In this document: piece after piece, positions 1 to 8,073 of the stretch | How the letters are laid out: each line of letters starts with the position of its first letter | Position numbering within the stretch: the first letter of the stretch is position 1 | DNA from: Firmicutes bacterium ZCTH02-B6 | GTDB taxonomy: Bacteria; Bacillota; Limnochordia; Limnochordales; ZCTH02-B6 | Direction of reading: 5' to 3' | Length of the DNA stretch: 34,011 bases | NCBI GenBank assembly: GCA_002159155.1 | Contig: LZRQ01000027.1 | Coordinates: 1-34,011 of the forward strand | The notes under the pieces: generated by a model | What the model was told of the DNA's origin: nothing | Seen by the model: only the letters and a program-made list of their open reading frames with translations | Database searches by the model: none | Made by a program: the position numbers and the translations under genes

Positions 1-1
1 G

Positions 2-1708
2 AAGAGCGACAAGGGCCCCCGATGGTACCACTGGGCTCTGGCCGCGGCAGCGGCTGTGAGCGGGCTGTACGCGGTCCTCGTGTGGCCTGAGCGGGTGCTG
101 AAGGTGGGCGACGTGCCCATCACCGACACGGTGATGGGCACCATTACCATCATCCTCGCGCTGGTGGTGGCCGCAAAGCACGCTGGGCTCACCTTGAGTG
201 TGGTCGCGGGGTTGTTCCTGGTTTACGCCCTCTACGGCCCGTACTTCCCCGGCGTGCTCGCTCACCGTGGTGTGGGCTTCCGGCGCCTGGTAGACTTCCT
301 CTTCATGACCACCGAAGGCGTGTTCGGAACGCCGATGGGCGTCTCCGCCACCTATATCATCCTGTTCGTCATCTTCGGCGCGGCCTTAAGCGCCTTCGGC
401 ACCGGCAGTTGGTTCGTGGATTTGTCCTACGCCATCGGTGGCCGCTTCCGGGGCGGGCCGGCCAAGACGGCGGTGTTCGCCAGCGCTCTCATGGGCACCA
501 TCTCGGGGGCCCCGGTCGCCAATGTGGTGACCACCGGCACCTTTACGATTCCCCTTATGAAACGGGTGGGCTACCCACCGGCGGTGGCGGGGGCGGTAGA
601 GGCCGTCGCATCTACAGGCGGCGCCTTCATGCCACCCATCATGGGGGCCGGTGCGTTTATCATGGCCGAGTACCTCGGCCGCCCGTATAAGGACGTGGCG
701 CTAGCCGCCCTTGTGCCGGCGCTGCTCTACTTCTTCGCCCTGTTTCTGGCGGTGGATTCCCAAGCCGTGAAACTCGGGCTAAAACCCACCTCGGCCGACG
801 AGCTGCGGGACCTGTGGCCGAAGGTCTTGAGAAAGGTCCATCTGGCCGTACCGTTGGTGTTTCTCATCGGCAGCATCATGATGGACTGGAACCCCATGCG
901 GGCGGCCTTTTGGGCATCCCTATTGGCTTTTGGAACGGCGTTTCTCAACGAGGAAACACGCCCGACATGGCGCCACGTGATTCAAGCCCTTGATGAAGGA
1001 TCCCGGCACGTGATGCCCATTGCGGCCGCGTGCGCCGCCGCCGGGATCATTGTGGGCGTCGTCTCCATTACCGGTGTCGGCGCTAAGCTGGCCACGGCCG
1101 TCGTGAGCTTGTCGGGCGGCAACCCGCTGATCGCTCTTGCCCTCACCATGGTGGCGGCCATCATCCTGGGTTGCGGCATGCCCATCACCGCGGTTTACAT
1201 CATCCTCGCTGCCACCCTGGCCAACCCGCTGATTCAAATGGGGATCACTCCCTTGGCGGCCCACATGTTCATGTTCATCTTTGCCTGCGTGGCGGGCCTG
1301 ACGCCGCCGGTCGCGCTGACGGCGTACGCGGGTGCCGCCCTGGCCGACGCCAGTCCCAATCGGACCGGCCTGGTGGCCTTTCGCATGGCGTTGCCGGCCT
1401 TTATCATGCCCTACCTGTTTGCCACGTCGCCGGCCCTGCTCTTGGACGGCGCGGCAGGTGCGGTCATCCAAGCGGTGCTGACCGCGACCATCGGCGTCAT
1501 GTGTTTCGTAGCCGCCCTCGAGGGCTATCTCTTCATTTGGTGGCCTGCAGTGTCGCGGGTGTTCTTAGGGGCAGCGGCCCTGCTCCTTCTCGACCCCGGC
1601 CTTACCACGGACATCATGGGCACCGCCCTCATCGCCCTGGCCGTGATGGTCTACTTGGTACAGGGGCTGACGCGCAAGGCCAGTACGGCGTCGCCGCCGA
1701 CGGCATAG
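2..1708 (+). CDS. TRAP transporter fused permease (4TM/12TM, DctQM-like); 5'-partial
   Basis: Frame is open from base 2 (KSDKGPRWYHWALAAAAAVS...), so the true start lies outside the window. Family motifs are present: 'TEGVFG.P.GVSATYI.LFVIFGA', 'GGPAKTAVFASALMGTISG', 'NVVTTGTFTIPLMK', 'AVEAVASTGG..MPPIMGAGAFIMAE', 'LTPPVAL.AYAGA'. Confidence 0.93.
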   Translation, partial: KSDKGPRWYHWALAAAAAVSGLYAVLVWPERVLKVGDVPITDTVMGTITIILALVVAAKHAGLTLSVVAGLFLVYALYGPYFPGVLAHRGVGFRRLVDFLFMTTEGVFGTPMGVSATYIILFVIFGAALSAFGTGSWFVDLSYAIGGRFRGGPAKTAVFASALMGTISGAPVANVVTTGTFTIPLMKRVGYPPAVAGAVEAVASTGGAFMPPIMGAGAFIMAEYLGRPYKDVALAALVPALLYFFALFLAVDSQAVKLGLKPTSADELRDLWPKVLRKVHLAVPLVFLIGSIMMDWNPMRAAFWASLLAFGTAFLNEETRPTWRHVIQALDEGSRHVMPIAAACAAAGIIVGVVSITGVGAKLATAVVSLSGGNPLIALALTMVAAIILGCGMPITAVYIILAATLANPLIQMGITPLAAHMFMFIFACVAGLTPPVALTAYAGAALADASPNRTGLVAFRMALPAFIMPYLFATSPALLLDGAAGAVIQAVLTATIGVMCFVAALEGYLFIWWPAVSRVFLGAAALLLLDPGLTTDIMGTALIALAVMVYLVQGLTRKASTASPPTA

Positions 1709-1744
1709 ACCAACGTACTCTTTTGAGTGAGGAGGGTTTTTTGC

Positions 1745-2671
1745 ATGGTTCGCGAAGAACTGCGCGGGGTATTCCCGGCCGTCCTGGTACCGTTCAAGGA
1801 CGACTACAGCATTGACGAGGAAGGCTTCAGGCGCCTCGTCAACTGGGTGGCGAGCCACGACGGCGTTAAGGGAATTGTCGTCAATGGCCACACGGGCGAA
1901 ATCCAGTCCCTACTGCCCGAGGAACGGGCAGAAGTGGTGCGCATCGCCGTCTCGGAACTTAAGGGCCGTATCCCCGTCTTCTCCGGCGTATCCGCCGAGG
2001 GCACCATCGAAGCAGCCAAGCATGCCCGGGCCGTCCAAGAGGCTGGCGGCCAGGGCATCCTGCTGATGCCGCCCCACTCGTGGTTGCGGTTCGGCATGCA
2101 GCCCGAGTCGCCGGTAGAGTTTTTCCGGGGCGTGGCTAAGGCCATTGACATTTCCATCATCGTGCATCAGTACCCCAAGTGGACCAAGGCCAGCTACAAC
2201 TTGCAGCAGCTGTTGGCCATGAGCGAGATCCCGAACGTCATCGCCGTCAAGATGGGTGAACGGGACATGGCCACCTATGAGCTGCACGTGCGCACGCTGC
2301 GCAAGGAAGCGCCCCACCTGGCCCTGTGGACGTGCCACGACGAGTACTTGCTGCCCACCCTGGTGCAGGGGATGGACGGTGCGCTCGTCGGCTTCGCTTC
2401 CTTTGTCCCTGACCTCATCGTCGCCCTGGTGCGGGCGGTATGGGCGCAGGACCTGCCCGAGGCCAAGCGGGTGTACGATCGCATCTACGAGCTGAAGCAA
2501 GCCGTCTATCGCATGGACGAGCCCTCGGCGACGTCCCACGCGCGCATGAAGGAGGCCATGTTCCAGCGGGGCCTGATCCCCAACGCGCTGGCCCGGCCGC
2601 CGGTGGTGCCTCTCACCGAGGCCGAAAAGGCGTCCATCCGCGAAGGTCTGGTGCGGGTCGGCCTGCTGTAA
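1745..2671 (+). CDS. Dihydrodipicolinate synthase/N-acetylneuraminate lyase family (DapA-like) class I aldolase or dehydratase
   Basis: 'LRGVFPAVLVPFKDDYSID', 'NGHTGE' (canonical GTTGE), Schiff-base Lys in 'VIAVKMG', C-terminal 'RPPVVPL'. SD GAGGAGG lies about 10 nt before ATG 1745, which I prefer to GTG 1727. Confidence 0.9.
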   Translation: MVREELRGVFPAVLVPFKDDYSIDEEGFRRLVNWVASHDGVKGIVVNGHTGEIQSLLPEERAEVVRIAVSELKGRIPVFSGVSAEGTIEAAKHARAVQEAGGQGILLMPPHSWLRFGMQPESPVEFFRGVAKAIDISIIVHQYPKWTKASYNLQQLLAMSEIPNVIAVKMGERDMATYELHVRTLRKEAPHLALWTCHDEYLLPTLVQGMDGALVGFASFVPDLIVALVRAVWAQDLPEAKRVYDRIYELKQAVYRMDEPSATSHARMKEAMFQRGLIPNALARPPVVPLTEAEKASIREGLVRVGLL

Positions 2672-2704
2672 GAATTCGCCGCGCTGCCAGCCTCCCGCCG
2701 GCGT

Positions 2705-2751
2705 CCGGTAGCGCCGTGGGCCCCTGGGAAGGGTTGTCCCGGCGCTACCGG
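2705..2751. terminator. Perfect 12-bp inverted repeat between convergent genes (probable terminator or 3'-stabilising hairpin)
   Basis: CCGGTAGCGCCG (2705-2716) pairs with CGGCGCTACCGG (2740-2751). There is no U-tract on either side. Confidence 0.5.
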
Positions 2752-2832
2752 CGTGCCTGCCGGCCGTGTGCAGCGACGACCCGAGACACGGGGGCTGGTG
2801 CCATTGCACAGGGCGCCGCTTGGCCACCATTG

Positions 2833-3579
2833 TCACGCGGCATTCGCCAGCGGGTGCTTCATCCACACGTGCGGGTCTGCGTAGACGCCGACGTCGGCCT
2901 CCCGGTCGACAGCCACAGGCTGCAAAGCGCCGGGCACGACGTACTGGCCGCTGCCCGGCATCGGCACCCCGGTCCACTCCTCCCACTGGGCAACAGGCGC
3001 CTCTACAGTCAGCGTGTTCCGGGCGACCTTGAGAAAGCTAGCGCCCATGCGCCAATGAACCCGCAGCCACGGGTCAAAGGGCGCACCATCCGTGCGGGTC
3101 CAGCGGACGTATTCCTCCAAGGGGATAAGGGGATAGCGGGCTTTCCAGGTAGGCCGGACGGGGATGATGAGGTCCGCGCAACCCAGTTGCCGGCCGCTCC
3201 GGCGCATCTCCCGGAGAATCATCCTGCTAAGTCCCCTGCCCTGGTACTCTTGCGCCACGATGGCGGCCAACGCGCAGACGGCGTTGGGCTTGCGCCCCTC
3301 CTCCTCGGTTTGCAAGGCCCGTACGAGGATTTCATCAAGGGTTTCCGGAAGATCGGTCAACGTGCCGTCCCAGACAAGGGGCACCATATACCCCACCGCT
3401 GCCACCCGGTTGGACCCGTCACAGATAAGAATCTGGTGGTGTGCGAACGTGTCGAACACGTGCTTCCAATGGGGCGTGTCCCGGTACCGCAGAAAATCAG
3501 GCCACGCGCCTTTGTCCAGCTCTAAAACTTGGTCTAATAGGTCAGGTCTTTCACTGAGACTGTGGGTAGCGAAAGCCAT
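2833..3579 (-). CDS. GNAT-family N-acetyltransferase
   Basis: Acetyl-CoA motif A 'AIVAQEYQGRGLS'; conserved 'PVRPTWKARYPL', 'DPWLRVH', 'WEEWTG'. SD AGGAGG precedes ATG 3579. Confidence 0.85.
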   Translation of the reverse strand: MAFATHSLSERPDLLDQVLELDKGAWPDFLRYRDTPHWKHVFDTFAHHQILICDGSNRVAAVGYMVPLVWDGTLTDLPETLDEILVRALQTEEEGRKPNAVCALAAIVAQEYQGRGLSRMILREMRRSGRQLGCADLIIPVRPTWKARYPLIPLEEYVRWTRTDGAPFDPWLRVHWRMGASFLKVARNTLTVEAPVAQWEEWTGVPMPGSGQYVVPGALQPVAVDREADVGVYADPHVWMKHPLANAA

Positions 3580-3662
3580 GCCCAGTCCTCCTGTGCCGTG
3601 TTTGCCGGCGTTCGACAAAGACGCCGCAAAGGATTGGCGACAGCCGCGGGGCCGCCTCATGC

Positions 3663-5018
3663 TCACCGGGGTGCGGCAAGACCATCCCGCAGAAGCTCCA
3701 GGTACACCGCGGTCTGCTCGGTGATGCTGGGCAGCAGGTTGAGCCCTTTCTGCGGGTGAGAGCTCAATTCCACCAGCAAGCGGTCAGCCAACGTGTCGGT
3801 AACCATCATGACCAGCTGCACCGCCTGGGCGGGCTCGACATCAGGCCGGAACGACGTGGTGTCGACACCGTCCATGATCAGTTCCCAGCCGCGCTGCGTC
3901 GCTTCGGCGACGTATTGCTGCAGCGCCTCTCGCGCACCCTCAGGCGGCTGGGCCAAGGCGGCAAGCACCAATCCGTATAAAGTCGGTTGCTCTTGAAAAA
4001 TAAGCGTCTTCCGGCGGGTCCAATTCAATAACCGCCGGATGAGGTCCGGTTCGGGACCGTCCTCGCGTTCGAAAAAGACCTTTGAGATGCGGGCGGCGGC
4101 GTCGGCCACAGAGGCCAGGTAGAGCTCGGCCTTAGACCCAAAGTGGTGAAAGATCAAGCCCTTGGCCACCCCGGCACGCTCCGCGACCGCTTCGGCAGAC
4201 GTGCCGTTATAGCCGCGCTCGGCAAACAACTCCTGGGCGGCACGGAGAATGCGCTCCCGCCGCTCATCCGCAGCTTGGACGGCTGGTGCGAGCCGCTCCA
4301 GCGCCGCGAAAAACGGTTTTGGATCGAGGGAAACCGGCCGAGCCCCAGGATGAGTTCCGGGACGGTACAGACCGTGGCGCAGCAAGTCGGCAAGCGCCCG
4401 GGCCCGTAGGCGCGCGTCCTCTGGGTTTGCGACCGACGCAGCAGCGTGGAGACCATCAGTAGCCAAGACCTCCGCTAGCCCGTCCAACGCCTGGTTTTCA
4501 AACCCTTCCGCCACCATCGCCAGCAATTCAATGGCGGCTCGGGGCTCGACACCAGACCGGAAGGCGCGGGTGTCGACGCCTTCCCGGAATCGGCTCCGCA
4601 GCCGGCTATAATGCTCGTCGATGCGGCGGGCAGGTGGACTCAACACAGAGTGCAAACGGCCCCGGAAGCGGGCGACGAACCACGCCTCCACCGGATGGGC
4701 GGCCAGCCGTGCGCACCTACGGGTGAGAAACTCCTCCAGCCGCGCGAACGGATCCGCCGGAAGAGGCTCATCCTCGGTGGGAAACAACCGTTCACATGCC
4801 CACTCGAGAGCAGCGTTGAAGAGGTCCTGCTTTGAGCCGAAGTGCCGGAAGAGGAGTCCTTTGGCCACTTGTGCGCTTTTGGCCATGCGGTTGGTGGACG
4901 CGGCATCATAGCCCCAGCGGGCAAACTCCGCGACCGCGGCGGACAAAATTGCCCCCCGCCGCCGGCCGCGGCGGATGCCATAAACCCGATCCTCGGTATG
5001 CGGGATTTCCACTGTCAC
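3663..5018 (-). CDS. Tandem (double-domain) TetR/AcrR-family transcriptional regulator
   Basis: Two full TetR units: 'ILSAAVAEFARWGYDAASTNRMAKSAQVAKGLLFRHFGSKQDLF' and 'ILRAAQELFAERGYNGTSAEAVAERAGVAKGLIFHHFGSKAELY', each followed by a C-terminal domain ending '...LLR(H/D)GL'. SD GGAGG precedes GTG 5018. Confidence 0.92.
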   Translation of the reverse strand: MTVEIPHTEDRVYGIRRGRRRGAILSAAVAEFARWGYDAASTNRMAKSAQVAKGLLFRHFGSKQDLFNAALEWACERLFPTEDEPLPADPFARLEEFLTRRCARLAAHPVEAWFVARFRGRLHSVLSPPARRIDEHYSRLRSRFREGVDTRAFRSGVEPRAAIELLAMVAEGFENQALDGLAEVLATDGLHAAASVANPEDARLRARALADLLRHGLYRPGTHPGARPVSLDPKPFFAALERLAPAVQAADERRERILRAAQELFAERGYNGTSAEAVAERAGVAKGLIFHHFGSKAELYLASVADAAARISKVFFEREDGPEPDLIRRLLNWTRRKTLIFQEQPTLYGLVLAALAQPPEGAREALQQYVAEATQRGWELIMDGVDTTSFRPDVEPAQAVQLVMMVTDTLADRLLVELSSHPQKGLNLLPSITEQTAVYLELLRDGLAAPR

Positions 5019-5036
5019 GTGGTCGGCCTCCAGCGA

Positions 5037-6137
5037 TCAGAAAAACCAACGAAGGCCGCCTGCAAGTCCGAGCCCGGCCGGCTGGGGCGGCCGCACCTGG
5101 CGGCGGAGCGACAGTTCCACCTCCGCCTGCCCGGGCAGCAGTCCGTAGGAGAGGGCAACACCCACCTCGTATGCCCGCTCGTTCCCTGCAAGCCCCCCAC
5201 CTCCGGCAGGCGCTCCCTTGTCAAGGAAGACGAGGGCGTCTGCGATCACCGCCCACCCGGAAGGAAACGCATAAGCCAGCTGTGCCGCGGCCACAGAAGC
5301 CTCGGTGGTCTCATCTCCAGCGCCGCCCGCCGCCGTAACGCTCGCCCGGCCGACCTCCGCAGTCCATAAAAAGTCGCCCACGTAGCCGGTGGCTCCCACG
5401 CTGCCGCGCAGGCCCGGCGCGCCTTTGAGGCTCCACAATTCCCCGTAGACGACCGTGGATCCTATCAGCCCGCTGGCACCGACACCTGCTGCGAGGCCGT
5501 CCTCCCGCCAAAGTACGTACCCCGTCGCCTCCCAGCCCACCAGTTGCTGCCGCCAGCCTAGAAGCCGCGTCCACTCCTCCCCCGCTCGCACGACCCCCAA
5601 CTGCAGCCGCCCGGTAGGCAAATACACATCGGTGCGCGCGCCGTCGACCCCCGGCCGGCGCCCGGCTTGGTCATGCGGCGTCAACGTGAACGGCATCGTC
5701 AAGCGGGCGGTTTCCAGCGGCAGCTGAAATCGGCCCACATACACATCCACGGCGGGAAACCGGAGGCCGGCGTAGGCTTCCGTCACAAGGGCAACGGAAC
5801 CCGCGACAACGCCGGTGCCGCTCAGGTCCACCGGAAACCACGGCTCCACCGTCAACGCAACCCACCACGGCGCAGCGACCGCCGGATTCAGCTGCAACGC
5901 CAATCTTCCTGCGAAAACGCCCACGGTCTCGGACACTGCACCGTGAGCTTGATGAGCGACCGTCACTGATGCCTCTCCTGCCACCGCCGCCTCGACGCCA
6001 TGGTCAGGCGCGGCCAGTGCGACGGCCCCGGGTCCGGCCAACAGATCGCCCCACAGGGCGAGTCCCGTCACGAGAATCAGCCGCAGCACCAAACGCCCAA
6101 GCCCCCAGCGCCGGCGCCAACTTAAGCGGCGGCTCAT
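5037..6137 (-). CDS. Exported protein, probable outer-membrane beta-barrel
   Basis: Basic N-region plus hydrophobic stretch ending A-L-A (signal peptide). Many alternating amphipathic Gly/aromatic strands ('EAYAGLRF..VDVYVGRF', 'VVYGELW', 'YEVGVALSYG'). Terminal strand 'LGLAGGLRWFF' ends in Phe (beta-signal-like). ATGA overlap with the upstream ATPase. Confidence 0.65.
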   Translation of the reverse strand: MSRRLSWRRRWGLGRLVLRLILVTGLALWGDLLAGPGAVALAAPDHGVEAAVAGEASVTVAHQAHGAVSETVGVFAGRLALQLNPAVAAPWWVALTVEPWFPVDLSGTGVVAGSVALVTEAYAGLRFPAVDVYVGRFQLPLETARLTMPFTLTPHDQAGRRPGVDGARTDVYLPTGRLQLGVVRAGEEWTRLLGWRQQLVGWEATGYVLWREDGLAAGVGASGLIGSTVVYGELWSLKGAPGLRGSVGATGYVGDFLWTAEVGRASVTAAGGAGDETTEASVAAAQLAYAFPSGWAVIADALVFLDKGAPAGGGGLAGNERAYEVGVALSYGLLPGQAEVELSLRRQVRPPQPAGLGLAGGLRWFF

Positions 6138-6829
6138 GCCGCCCCCACCCGCTCGTCAGCCACCACGCGGCCGTCCTCAAGGCGAATGATGCGCTTCACG
6201 TGCTCCAACAGGCGCGGGTCGTGGGTGGAAAACAAGAACGTGATGCCCCGTTCCTCGTTGAGCTTTTTCATGAGCTCGATGAGGGACAGCCCGGCTTTCG
6301 AATCGAGGTTGGCCGTGGGCTCGTCGGCCAACACCACCCGCGGTTGTGCGGCGAGCGCCCGGGCCACCGCGACCCGTTGTTGCTGGCCGCCGGACAGCTG
6401 GTTGGGCCGGCGGTGGGCCAGTTCCGCGATTCCCAATGCCTCCAGGGCCGCCATCGCCTTCGCGTTCCGTTCCTCTCTAGGTACTCCCTGCAACTCCAGG
6501 ACAAAGGCCGCGTTTTCCAGCGCCGTCAGGACGGGGATAAGGTTGTAGGCTTGAAACACGAACCCAATCTCCCGTAGGCGCAGATGGGCCCGGGACACGT
6601 CGTCCAATTGGTCGGTGCGCCGCTCGCCGAGCCACGTCTCGCCCGCTGTCGGCTTGTCCAAACAGCCCAACAGGTGCAGCAGCGTGCTCTTGCCGGAGCC
6701 GCTCGGGCCCGCGATGGCGGTGAACTCCCCCGGCACGATCTCCAGGTCAACCCCTTGCAGCGCTGGCGTCCTCACACCTTCATTCTCGTACACTTTGGTC
6801 AGCCTGACGGCGCGCAAGATCGGTTTCAT
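6134..6829 (-). CDS. ABC transporter ATP-binding protein, LolD/MacB type
   Basis: Walker A GPSGSGKST, 'IGFVFQAYNLIP', signature LSGGQQQRVA, Walker B 'VLADEPTANLD', H-loop STHD. SD GGGAGG precedes ATG 6829. Confidence 0.95.
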   Translation of the reverse strand: MKPILRAVRLTKVYENEGVRTPALQGVDLEIVPGEFTAIAGPSGSGKSTLLHLLGCLDKPTAGETWLGERRTDQLDDVSRAHLRLREIGFVFQAYNLIPVLTALENAAFVLELQGVPREERNAKAMAALEALGIAELAHRRPNQLSGGQQQRVAVARALAAQPRVVLADEPTANLDSKAGLSLIELMKKLNEERGITFLFSTHDPRLLEHVKRIIRLEDGRVVADERVGAA

Positions 6830-6846
6830 GACCGCAAATCCCTCCC

Positions 6847-8073
6847 CTAGGCCGCGTGCCGCATGGCTTCCACGGGCTGCAGGCGTCCTGCAACCCATGC
6901 TGGCCAAAGGGCGGCCGCCAGCGCGGTGAAAATCGCGAACGTCACCGTGACGGCCACCTGTACGGGAGTTACCGATGGGTACAGCACCAGCGGGAGCCCA
7001 TACTCGGCCATGACCTCATCGAACCCCGGCATACGGAACCCGTCCGCCCAGCTCGCGATGAGCAGCCCGCCGGCCAGCAGCCCAACGGCCGTGCCGGCCA
7101 GTACCAGAGTGAGACTCTCCGCGACCACCATGCGCATCACCCGCCACCGGTCGGCGCCGACGGCGAGGATGACGCCGAACTCCCGGATGCGCTCCACCAG
7201 GCTCAGGTAAATGGTGTTGACCACCATAAGGCCGGCCAGGACAAAGATGAAGAAGGAAAAGACGGTCATGACGGGGTCCATCATGTCGAGGAGCGCGGCC
7301 GTGTCGGGCGAGGCTTCGCGCCACGTTTCGACCAGCACCTCCTCCCCCAGCAGGGCTGTCGCCCTGGCCTTGGTTTCCTCCACCAAGGCATCCGTCGGTG
7401 CACCGCGCTCGGCTGCGAGGTGTACCTGGAGGCGGGTGACGGCACCCGGTGCAGCCAGTTCCTGGGCTCCTTCCAGGGACAAGTACGCCGCCTGGATCTC
7501 GTGGGATGTCTGGGGGAAGTCCAACAGCCCGACGAGGGTGTAGGCAGCTGCACCCCAGCCGTCGGTTCCCGGAGCAAACACGTAGACCGGATCTCCCAAC
7601 TCGACTTGCAAAGCCTTGGCAAGCGCCTGGCCGAGGGCGATCTCGTCCCAACTGCCGGGGGCGGGGAGCCGGCCGGCCGCGACGTATTCCCTGGCAAAAC
7701 GCTCGCCGAGGGCCTCGTCCTGCTCCATCCCGACGACCATGGCCCCACGGGCTCGCGTTTCGCCGCTGATGAGGGCAGGTACTTCCAAGAGCCGCCGCAG
7801 CCGGACACCCCGCAGTTCCTTGAGGAGCGCCATTTCCACCTCAGCCGCGTTGCGGATGAGGCGTGCGTCAAAGTCCTGAGCTTCCTTCGCTTGGGCATGA
7901 GTGATCTGCAGATGGCCTGACTCGGAAGTCAACACTTCGACCATGCCGTTCATGGTGGCGGTGACAAACCCGAAGAAAACGAGCGTAAACACAACGGCCA
8001 CTGCCACCGCACCGCCAGCCACGAAGCTCCGGGTTTTATGTCGCCAGACATTGCGCCAGGCCAATCCCCACAC
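6847..8073 (-). CDS. ABC transporter permease, LolC/E (MacB_PCD + FtsX) type
   Basis: 'LAWRNVWRHKTRS' start, TM1, large extracytoplasmic domain, 'ERIREFGVILAVG', three C-terminal TMs, ending 'PAWVAGRLQPVEAMR'. SD GAAAGAGGG precedes GTG. Confidence 0.92.
   Translation of the reverse strand: MWGLAWRNVWRHKTRSFVAGGAVAVAVVFTLVFFGFVTATMNGMVEVLTSESGHLQITHAQAKEAQDFDARLIRNAAEVEMALLKELRGVRLRRLLEVPALISGETRARGAMVVGMEQDEALGERFAREYVAAGRLPAPGSWDEIALGQALAKALQVELGDPVYVFAPGTDGWGAAAYTLVGLLDFPQTSHEIQAAYLSLEGAQELAAPGAVTRLQVHLAAERGAPTDALVEETKARATALLGEEVLVETWREASPDTAALLDMMDPVMTVFSFFIFVLAGLMVVNTIYLSLVERIREFGVILAVGADRWRVMRMVVAESLTLVLAGTAVGLLAGGLLIASWADGFRMPGFDEVMAEYGLPLVLYPSVTPVQVAVTVTFAIFTALAAALWPAWVAGRLQPVEAMRHAA

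Noticed and set aside
1910-3525. ORFs 1910-2986 (-) and 2440-3525 (+)
   Set aside because: They overlap well-supported genes and are Arg/Gly/Pro-rich with no domain signal.
6856-7920. Plus-strand 354-aa ORF
   Set aside because: Antisense to the permease.
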